Shown here: positions 40,701 through 51,207 of the stretch, piece by piece | Layout of the letters: every line of letters starts with the position of its first letter | How positions within the stretch are numbered: position 1 is the first letter of the stretch | Source: Bispira polyomma | Lineage: Eukaryota | DNA length: 64,000 nt | Direction: 5' to 3' | Assembly (NCBI GenBank): GCA_965649765.1 | Contig: OZ287751.1 | Location: forward strand, 102,610,001 to 102,674,000 | The notes under the pieces: generated by a model | What the model saw: the letters and a program-made list of their open reading frames with translations, nothing else | Told to the model about the DNA's origin: nothing | The model's database searches: none | Made by a program: the position numbers and the translations under genes

Positions 40701-40921
40701 TTATAGAATCTATCGTGTGTCATTGGCCATTGGAATATTGAAATTTGTAATTTAGTTTTTTCCCTTGAACAAATTAAACCTATAATGCAATATTTGCTAA
40801 AAAACGATCCCCTATTACATTGAATTGCCAAACACAATTTGATTGTTTTTGTTTGGATGTGTATACCTTGTGTAAGTATACAATAAATGTCTACTTTTAG
40901 GGTGTCCCTGACTCAAATACA

Positions 40922-43900
40922 ATGGCCAAATCACGTACAACTTCCAAAAGGTAAGTGTTACACAATGCCCTACCAGGACTGATTTCATACATGTATGTTA
41001 TTTAGATATCAAACTATGTCTATTGTCAATTAACTTCTGGGTTTCTTGCGTTACTGCCCTTTCTTTGTAAACTTGTTTCATTAAACATTTTCCATGTTCA
41101 TCGAGTTTTATTAACATACTCTAAAATGTTGACTTCTGTTATCACCAGTGTAAACGAATGTAGCAATCATGTAACCATAGTGTGAGCAGAAAATATAAGT
41201 CATGTGATCATAGCTTGACCATAATCTAGACATGACATGGCTATCAATTAACAAGGATAGAACATTTTATGATCATACTTTAACCAATGTGCACACGTCA
41301 AGTGATCATACTTTGACCAGCCTGTACACATCATTTGATCATACTTTCACCAGTCTGTACATATCATGTGACCATACTTTTGCCAGTCTGTACATATCAT
41401 GTGACCATACTTTTACCAGTTTGTACGTATCATGTAACCATACTTTCACCAGTCTGTACATATCATGTGACCATACTTTCACCAGTCTGTACATATCAAG
41501 TGACCATATTTTGACCAGTCTATACATATCCTGTGACCATACTTTCACCAGTCTGTACATATCATGTGACCATATTTTCACCAGTCTGTACATATCATGT
41601 GACCATACTTTCACCAATCTCTTCATATCAAGTGACCATACTTTTACCAATCTCTACATATGAAGTGACCATACTTTCACAAATCTCTACATATCATGTG
41701 ACCATACCTTCACCAGTCGCTACACATCATGTGACCACACTTTTATAGGTCTGTACATATCATGTGACCACACTTTCACCTATATGTACATATCGTGTGA
41801 CCATACTATTACCAGTCTCCACACATCATGTCACCATAGTCTTTTAAAGTGGTTCACAATCTACATTATACTGTAGGTTTCCTTGGACAATGAACAGTAA
41901 GAAATCCAGCAGACAGGAAGACGATTGTGAGTATTTTGTATTTTGTGCTCGACTTGGTTCATTGATAATAAACAGCTGACCTGATCATACATACTAAAAC
42001 TGATAATTATGTGTAATGACCAGATCAATACACATATATTTGTATACACATTTTGTCTATTTAAAATAGATATTTATTTAAAACTGATATTGTTATTGTT
42101 CACTTAACCCTGTTTCTTTTATCAAGGTGTTATATTTTTTTCATTAAGAGCAGCATTCAAAAAATGTCGTAGTCTTAACATTGACTTTAAATGTTTTTTT
42201 TTATTCAGAGCTTTTTAGCGAAAAAAGTTGGATAATTGTCTTTGTGCTGGTAACATTAAGAAAATTTGTAACTTAGCGTTAACTTTACTGTTAATACTAA
42301 AACTACTAAAAGGTTTGTTACAAATATTTGGGACATACAATTTAAAAGTTAAAACAAAGTTTAGACTAAGACCGTTGTGAATAGTGACTAGACTCAAATT
42401 CTACTTCTGTTTTAGGTGTCACTAGGGATGAGTTTGAAGCTGTTGTCTCAGATCTGGAGACCGTAATGTCAATGCTAGAAATTACCAACACCATAGTGAT
42501 GGAAAACAGTCAGACTATTACAAACAATCACAATGGTGAGCTAACACAGTTAAAGTCTTGGACTATTACAATAATATACTATGGTTGGGTGAAATGTTAG
42601 AACTCTTAGACTATTACAAACAACTAAAATGGTAGGTGAAATGTTAGAACTCTTAGACTATTACAAACAACTACAATGGTAGGTGAAATGTTAGAACTCT
42701 TAGACTATTACAAACAACTGCAGTGGTAGGTGAAATATTAGAACTCTTAGACTATGACAAACAATTACAATTGTAGGGTGAAATGATAGAACTCTTAGAC
42801 CATTACAAAGAACTACAATGGCAGGGTGAAATGTTAAAACTCTTAGACTTCTCTCATTTTCATAAGTACTTTGTTTATACCTCGACATATATTAGGAGTA
42901 TTTTATCAGCAGCAAATATGTATTTGAAACATTTTTCTGGCTGTCTAATTGAACATATGTTATGTGAAATGGTAACAAAATGTAGCATTACTTTGGTAAA
43001 GTTAGTGTGTAATTTTTTTGGCTTATTTCTTTGAAGAAAGGACAACACAATATATAATGATATAATATATTAATGATGAGAAAATCATAATTTTTGTTTG
43101 AACAGGTCATTTATACAAATAGTTACCCTGCAAGTGTTACCTGTTGTTACAGAACTGACTGCTGTGGATGCCAGTCTGACTAGCAGTGTGAGCACACTAC
43201 AGAGCCAGTACAGCACAGCTACAGTCAGATCTTGTGAGTAGTGTGCTGGAGGGGGTAGGGGTGAGAAAAGTATAAATACCACTGAATGTCTTATGTACAG
43301 TCCACAACAGAGTGCAAGTATTGTGTGCGGATAATATGATAATATATGATAATGTACTTACCTTTGAAAATGCCAAAAACCTTTGACACTCATATTGCCA
43401 ATATCTGTTGCTCCTCAAAAGAATCCAAAACTACCTGTTAATGGACACTGCGATAACTGTTGCCAACGCTCTTGTGAGCAGCCTCCTCGACTACTGCAAC
43501 TCTCTTCTGTTCGGAGTAAACAAGTCACAGATTAAAAAGCTCCAGTCCATTCAAAACTACCTAGAGCTTTCTCCATTGTAGCTCCGTTGTTATGGAACAG
43601 TCTCCCAGTTGACTTCAGATCAGTTGATACACTCATCGGTTTTAGGAAAAAGCTTAATCTTTTTAACCTTGCCTACCCACCTTAGCTTTCCTAGTCCACG
43701 CTCCCACATATTTCCTTTTGACTTTGATATGCCCATGGACTCTACCATTGGATCACTGATTCTGCTGCTATGATGATAACTAGCATCAATAAAGTGTCTT
43801 AAAAAGTCATAATAATAATAATAAAATTCTCAAAAAATTAGCTTGTATGCTATTTTATGAATAGTTTAGCCATAGTATAAGCGTATGGATGCCTGCTGGT

Positions 43901-44770
43901 ATATTTGTTTTGTGATTGTAAATTGGTTGTTTTATATTCCATGTGTCTAATGTAGTTTACATATATGTTATGTGATTTATGAGCTGATTGTTATATGTAC
44001 TTGTATCCAATGCTGTGTACATCCTTCTTAAATTGGTTTTCCTGTTCTATTCAGGTCAGAGTGGTGAGATAGATAATGCCTGTGGTAGTTATTGTGACTG
44101 GGAGGGTCAGGATTATCCATCGGGAACAAACACTTGGGTCTATTTTAGTCCTGCATTCCACACCACACCAAAAGTGATTGTTTCAGTGATAGCATATGGC
44201 AAGTGCGGTCATCCAATCCGATTTCTGTAATATCTATCATAGTTTTTTCTAGTATGTGTCTTATCTATGCCTTTCTTGTGGTCATACAGTGTGCAATTTT
44301 ATTTGCAGGTTCATCTACAGGATTCAGTTATGAAACATCTTATATTTTGGTTACCCATCCAATATGTATTTGATCAACTAAACAATATATAATGTTTTGA
44401 TCTCCAGCAAACAATATTAAATGATCACATATCAAAAACATCAAAAACGGTCGTAAAATGAATTATTGAACAATTGGAAAATTCTAAACTGCTGCTTACA
44501 TTATTTTTTCTCTGAGTGGTTTCAAAAATATTACCAGTTTAAATGCTATATGTGAATGTAAAAATATGATAATGTTTATGGTACATTACCTACTTCCCTG
44601 ATTGGCTGATAATAAGGTTATGTGCTCTATTCTTTTTAGATGATTCTGAGACCCCTGTACGGTTCAGAATAGAAACCACTTCATCTGCCACAGAGGTGAA
44701 TTTCAATTTGAAAACCTGGTCTTGGTCCAGGATTTACAGTGCAAAGCTGTCCTGGTTAGCTTGTGCTTAG
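40922..44770 (+). CDS. H-type lectin domain protein with helical neck, 184 aa; join(40922-40950,41877-41926,42416-42535,43153-43233,44055-44198,44640-44770)
   Basis: Six exons (29+50+120+81+144+131 = 555 nt) with consistent phases and AG/GT ends (last intron GC-AG). C-terminus VYFSPAFHTTPKVIVSVIAYDDSETPVRFRIETTSSATEVNFNLKTWSWSRIYSAKLSWLACA fits the H-type lectin (Helix agglutinin/discoidin-C) pattern. AATAAA at 44793 and 44902. The frame is open upstream of the ATG, so an extra 5' coding exon (possibly ending ~39943) is possible. Confidence 0.8.
41260..41840. repeat. 33-bp minisatellite, ~17 copies (intronic)
   Basis: gtgaccatactttcaccagtctgtacatatcat repeated. Confidence 0.95.
42511..42850 (+). 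repeat. 47-bp minisatellite, ~7 copies, containing the exon 3' end and splice donor
   Basis: Unit agactattacaaacaactacaatg|gtaggtgaaatgttagaactctt. The first unit overlaps exon 42416-42535. Confidence 0.9.
43359..43825 (+). mobile_element. L2 3' fragment with (AAT)n tail inserted in a lectin intron
   Basis: VANALVSSLLDYCNSLL..RAFSIVAPLLWNSLP. Tail aataataataataaa. Absent at the paralogous site (~25827). Confidence 0.85.
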
Positions 44771-46087
44771 GACTTCAAAATCCTTACTGGGTAATAAAAG
44801 CAGAGGCATTTCAGTCACTAAATTGAACTAAATATTCTATACAGGTGCCAGATGTTATTGTCATGATCTATCAAAATATGTTCTACAAGTGTCAGTTGTC
44901 GAATAAAGTTCTGCTGAGGCACATCTTTGTTAGTGTACCGCATAAAACACAATATGCCAGTTCAAAGAGAGAAGACTCATGTATGATTATGGACTAACTA
45001 CTCTATTTAAAGACATTCCATTGTTGGTGATAATCCAGTACAGTTTAACTCATAATTACTTGTCATTAGCTTATACTGTAGTGTGTAATAATATTTGACA
45101 TATGGTAGCAAATGCTTTGCTTTGCTGCAACTCTTGTTTTATGGGGTTTGGCTTATTTTGTATGTAAAGCTTTAAAGAGTGCAAATTGCTCTGTTGTAGC
45201 GTCTATAACTTGGACTAAAGTAGTGTATCAGCATATCTTAAGGAACTTATCTGGGTACCCATGGAATAATGGATACCTTTTAAGTACAACGGTCAGAGCA
45301 TTTTTAATCAATCCCATTACAACAGGCATAGCATATTGTGATATATGGCAAGGTTGTCAGTCTCTAATATTTACTGGGGGCCGCGTGCTTTATTCCCCAA
45401 CCGGCTCACAACTGATCTGCTTGTCTCCAAGTCACAGTTACATAGTGTTGGCCTCGGCTTGCTTTTGGAGAACAACTACAACTAGTTATGTAACGGAGGT
45501 CTATCGACTCTGTGTGACAACGTGTTGTGCACCACATGGCCCAAGTATCAGTTTTTTTCTAAATTGAAATCCAAATATATCAGGGAATTGTTTGGGGTTA
45601 AAATGTAATTAGATGTCAGAGCAATGGACTGCATACATATTTTTTACTTCACATAATAGAAGATACCAACAATATTATGAAATTTTTTTTCATAAACCAT
45701 ACAGCCAGTCTCAAACGACCCGATTGTAAGCCGGTGTGCTCCTGTTTCCCTCTTTCGTTAAATGGTCACACTTCACGATCACACTTCGATCACAATAAAG
45801 CTGTGCCACTGGTGCTTCATTAATATTGGAAACCATTCGGTGCTAATCCTTTTCTGTCATGAGCGATACGTTGATAATCCATCGGTAGCCCGAGTAATTT
45901 GGTGAGAATACGTTTGCATCCAGAGTCATACTTTCCCACCTAGTGTCTTCCTAAACCACTCCAGTGTTGGGACGTGCATTCTGAGCCACCACTTTTCTCC
46001 ACCGGGTCTTCCGAAGTCCCACCGATAATGGGACGCACAGAATATAAATAGGGCAATGCTGGAAGCACAGCTCATTCTTCATCTTCA

Positions 46088-46810
46088 GTGGGCCTGAGGA
46101 GGTGGCACAGGAGACACAGCAGGAGACACAGCAGGAGATATGGTGAGGGAAAGGGAAAGAGGAAACGTGATGCCCCACTCTTCTTGGAGAATAAAGTGGA
46201 GGAGGCTTTACTGGAGTGGGTGGTGGCGAAACCCATACTTTACAACAGGGTAACAAAGACTCTCGGAAAAGGATCTAGCAGAAGGGCTGGCTGAAGGTGT
46301 GGTACCAGGGGGTGCTTGACTTTTATGTAAAAAATATCTGCACCATGGAAGACTTGCAAATAGGCGCTACAGCAGGCGACATGACGGACAGGGCCAAATG
46401 GATAAAATCCAAGATGAGGTTCCTGGAGAAACATGTCCTCGGGGTGCACAGCAAACAGACCATGAGCCAGCCTCCTTCCAAAGAATAGACAGCCTGGCAA
46501 GCAGTCGAGACGACCAGCCAGAGGACTAGGGAGATGTTATTGATTGGGACAGTGCCAGTGATGTGAGGATGCCTACCCAGAAGGTCACACCCATCCCTAC
46601 CATCATCGATGAACTGATGGTGCTCCTGAGGGAAAGGGCCTGGACCAGCCAGACCATGGGAACCCAGTTTCAGGAGTTCATGCACAAGCCCACTGATGAG
46701 TCGGCCTAAGATGCCTGAGCGGATTGGATTTCGGCCAAAATCAAGACAATTCACCCGCAGTGCATGAACGAGTTCAAGACAAACAGCTTCTTATTGATGC
46801 ATAAGGACAC
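46088..46810 (+). pseudogene. Harbinger Myb/SANT (MADF-like) protein, frameshifted
   Basis: LFLENKVEEALLEWVVAKPILYNR..DMTDRAKWIKSKMRFLEKHV. Confidence 0.65.
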
Positions 46811-47099
46811 CACAAAATCTGAAGAGCACAGGGAGCAGGACCACACCACAACCAAGAGGAAGAGGAAGAGGAAGGCAACAGGTCCTTGGACAGGGTTGTA
46901 AAAGTCAACAATTATTGAGTAATTTCAAAAACAGGCTCTTTTGAAAGCCACTCAAATCATCCAAGAACCAATATTAAGTTGCTTTGTCCCCCAAAACCCA
47001 TACACACACCACATCACTTTAAACAAAAATACATATAAGAGGTCCTGAAAAATTCAAGATCAGTACACCCCCCAAAAAAAACCCAAGCTGTTTTCTTGT

Positions 47100-48051
47100 G
47101 GTTAGGAGGCAGTTAAAACGGCTGGCCAGTATGCCAAATGCATTTTTCACAACCCTCCTTGCTCTGGACAATCTATAGTTGTCGTTTCATCATCCAGGTA
47201 TGTAGGGCAAATGCATCATCACCAACCAGGAAGTAGGGGGTGTGTCTGTCATAATTTGGCGGTAGGTCAAGTAGAGGCAGGCCTAGCTGGTCATTGATTA
47301 TTGCATTCCTGAGACGCATTAAAGATCTGGGCATCAGGACCCATTGCTTCCAAAATCCACCCACATAAACCTATAATCCGAGTCCACTAAATCCGGAGCA
47401 CCATGGAGTGGAAGCCCTCGTAGTTGTAATACATGGAACCACCCCCTGGAGGACACTTGATTGTCACATGTTTTCCATCTATAGCACCTATGGTATGTTG
47501 AAAGCTCCATCTATTGGAGAATTCCTCAGCCACAACTCGCCATTCTGCTGGTGAGATTGGCATGCAAATGACCTTCTGCATGTACTCTTCAACCATAGCA
47601 GTACAGACTTCCTTCACAATCCAAGCAATAGTGTTGTGAGCCATTCTGAACCCATACATCAAAGTATAATAACTGCTACCTGTAGCTAAGTGCCTCAAGG
47701 TGATTGCAAATCTGCAGCCAGCACTTATTGGTTTTCTGGCAAAGGTGACCTTATTGGATATCCTTGGGCCAAGCCTATTCAGTAGCTCTTGGAATAATGC
47801 TGGATCCATCCTGATAAAGTTTCTAAAAGATGTGATGTCTTCTCTTTCCAGCTCCGCCATGAGGTGATCATATTGGCTGAAGATTCGCCTGCGCAGGAGC
47901 CAGGGTCGAACCCAGCAGCTTCTTGGTCCCCCTCTACGCTCCCTATGTGTTGACCTTCTTGCAAAGCAATTTGTGCCAGCATATCTATCTGTAAGTCCAT
48001 CAAAATTTCATTGTAGAAATCTACAGCAATCATGAAACGTCGTTGATCCAT
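47100..48051 (-). pseudogene. Harbinger (HARBI1-like) DDE transposase, frameshifted and deleted
   Basis: FRNFIRMDPALFQEL..AITLRHLATG..IGAIDGKHVTI..YYNYEGFHSMVL..YFLVGDDAFAL..RRVVKNAFGILASRF. Confidence 0.9.
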
Positions 48052-50424
48052 GTTGTTGTAATAAATATTATATGTTATTATGAATAAATATTAATAAATA
48101 TTTTTCTGTTCAAAATTGGAAGCCTTAACAAGAACAGTCTGTGAAATGGTGATTCTTATATAGGTTTTTGAGATGTCACAGCACAGTTATATAGGCGTTA
48201 TTAAAATAGAAGTACCGTTTCGATCACACGATACCAATGTGTTCAGAAAGGAGGTGAACAGAAGCCTACAGAAGCCTTCAGAAGGAAATCTACCACCATT
48301 AGATGAATTTGATGCACTTCCGTAGATGAAACGGATCCATTGGTTCAATTTCGGTAGTTATACGGTACGTCTCCGGATAAAACCGTGGTGAGCCAGATAA
48401 AAAATACATCATCCAGATTAATGCGGGACCATACTTTTCACGAATTGGCAACGGCTTGAAAAGGTAGACATTGGGGAAGAAACATATTGGACGGGGAAAA
48501 GAAAGACAAAAATGGAAAAATTAGAGACTTTCTCGCGCCGTAGAGGCTTTTGGTGGATAAAATGGATCCAACATAAGGGAAAGTGTGAAGGCCCCATAAC
48601 CATCCACAACAGCCATTTTACTTTGACAATCACTGTTTTGGCAATGACTTTTTTGGATAATGGATTATCCCTTTTAAAAGAAGCAACATAAAAACCACTG
48701 ATTTTTCGACAATATATTTATGTTGATTCTTTCACTATATTAGTATAAACCATAGCTTTTAATATCAATAATTATTTGGTGTGACATATGAATATCTATT
48801 CCCAATTAATTGATAAATTTAAGTTTTTCTAAGAATCCATCAATGTACATACTAGTCCAGAATCCATGAAGGCAGTCATGAACAAACCTGTGAAGGTTAC
48901 AGAGTGTAAACCACACATTCCTTCCAGAGCTTTGTTCTCTTACAACATTCAGTTAAAGTTAGAATGTTGCGTGTGTGGTGTTATATTTGGGGGCTTATTG
49001 GTTTACAAGGGGGGGGGGGGGGGGGGGGGGCTAACAACCCCCACTTAAGGTTTATCAGTGTTTTGGAGATCAAAAGGTGATGGAGGTGACATGACGTCAT
49101 CAAAACCCAAAAACTAAATTACAATTTATTGTAAGCACCAGTCTACACATGATATCACAACGCAGAGATCTGTGACGTCATTTATTAAAGCTAAAATGCA
49201 AAAATTATAGCATAAAAAGCGTGTTATAAATATAACAAATTACAAACACACCTGCAACAGTTCAATAGATACACATTAATGGGAATTTAGAGTTTAGCAA
49301 CTGAAATAAACATGTACCCACATTGATATGTTCACATGTTACAACATACACAAAAACTCATGACGTCATACCTGAACACTCGAACACACATTGATACATC
49401 ACAAAACAATTAAGTCTTTACTAACGAATTTTATAATGCCATTTGGAACACACGTCCTAAATGGGGACGTTATTGCCGTGGTTTGGGTGTTGTTAAGATC
49501 GAGTGCATTATTGACAAGCGGCAAGGTGGTCTTGTATATTATGGTGAACTACTGCAAGGAATTCACACATACCATGTGAAAAAACTTTCTATTTCTCCTG
49601 AAAGTGAAAAGTTGGTAACATATCAACACTAGATTAACTGACATTATATAACACTGATAGATTTGTAAAAGTACTAAGGTAAAAAAACAACTACGGGTCA
49701 ATCAAATAGAATAATCCTTTCCATTGATCAAAAAGACAGTGTTTTTACTGGAAGCTTGCACTTGTCACCAAGATAGAATTGCTTATAGTATCCATTGTTG
49801 TATGACACTATACACTCAGGGACAGGAGTTAAATACATTTTTGTCTCTTCCTGATTTATTGAAGTTTCGATTCACGTATATTTTTCCTCTTCTGTCACTT
49901 GTTCATAAATATATTTCATACAAGAAACTGAAGTCAATACCATTCACCACATATCATGGTACCAGTCTCGTCATGTGGGTCACACCCTAAATCTTTGCAA
50001 GTTTTTACTCGCTGGTGGTTACTGTACTGGTGGTTCACATGAGTTTAGACACTTCCTTAGCATTTAAGTTGTTTATAACCTACATTTGTTTTACTAAACA
50101 AACACAGAACTAAGGTGTTAGCTCCAGAACGCCCTGGTAATTAGCCATATAAAATACTGTAAGTTCCTGATGGGTTCTGACTGAACATGTGCTGCTGTAA
50201 ACAATTCATTCTAAGTCCCAGACGAAATCAGTAGTGTGACTCAGATGACCACTTCACATTGCGGTCAAGTCTCGGCGGTCAGGTGCAGGAACCTTGAAAT
50301 CTCTGTGTTCTATTATAATTACTGGTTTTTAGCTGCAGCAAAACATACAACTATATAATCCTACTTTGATGTTATGTGAAAGAGATGAGGTCCTGATTGA
50401 AATCCTGATCCATAAATGTCTGAC

Positions 50425-50545
50425 TGACATGGACCTTACCACTGATATGGATCTTACCACTGACATGGATCTTACCACTGATATGGATCTTACCACTGAC
50501 ATGGATCTTACCACTGATATGGATCTTACCACTGATTTGGATCTT
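50425..50545. repeat. 18-bp minisatellite, ~6.5 copies
   Basis: gatcttaccactgaYatg repeated. Confidence 0.9.
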
Positions 50546-51207
50546 CTTGTACTTAAACACCCTTACAAAACTAGCTATTTGAACAATTGTGACCTCAAAC
50601 AGACGTATTTCTCCCACATTTTGGTAAACTAATATTTACCAGACTTTGTCTCTAACCATGTTAACATAAGTTTGTCCATTTTGTGTGTACACATCCACAC
50701 CACTTGTTACAACCAAGTTCATGAAAAATAGCTCCGGGGTATGGCATTCTGACAACACACTTTTCACAAGATGTTTTACATCAATATGAGGCTTATTAAT
50801 CCCAAATACAGGAAGAAACACAGTTACACTACTTTATGATAATGACATCTTTAACAGCAATGTTAAATCGGAATGTCCCACAATATGAGGCTTATTAATC
50901 CCAAATACAGGAACAAGCACAATTACAATACTTCATGTATAATGCAAGTCATTAAACAGCAATGTTAAATAGGAATGTCCTAAGTTTCCATTACAACAGT
51001 TCTCTCAACCCCTTCAAACCACATGTATCTTGTTGATAAAAGATACTTTAAGTATTTTGTATTTTCTTTGAATTGTGTTTGTGTATGGTTTGTGTCAGTT
51101 GATCTCACCTATTTCTCACACATGTGAGAGGATAATATACAACATGACACCATATAATCCAGCTATCACAATATATATGTATACATAGTACATGGCAAAA
51201 CACCTCC

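Larger units (their letters stand above)
45375..48596. mobile_element. PIF/Harbinger DNA transposon (decayed) with convergent MADF-like and transposase ORFs
   Basis: Ends tgggggcc.. and ..ggcccca|taa. Flanks rejoin to match unit A (28600-28830). Both canonical Harbinger ORFs are present. Confidence 0.8.
29280..48750 (+). repeat. Tandem segmental duplication, unit B
   Basis: See unit A. Same order: L2, DIRS, Harbinger remnant/L2, SINE, lectin gene, 3' flank. Confidence 0.85.

Noticed and set aside
41232-41748. Repetitive ORFs (SCDHTFTSLYI)n on both strands
   Set aside because: By-product of a 33-bp minisatellite inside a lectin intron.
45112-45567. 151-aa ORF downstream of the lectin gene
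   Set aside because: It crosses the Harbinger left end, is not open in the paralogous region and has no recognisable motifs.
49009-49030. Long G homopolymer as a functional G-quadruplex
   Set aside because: Simple mononucleotide run with no supporting context.
50329-50632. ORFs with TTDMDL repeats (likewise 38523-38807 and 23770-24066)
   Set aside because: Minisatellites with unit lengths divisible by three; no splice or homology support.
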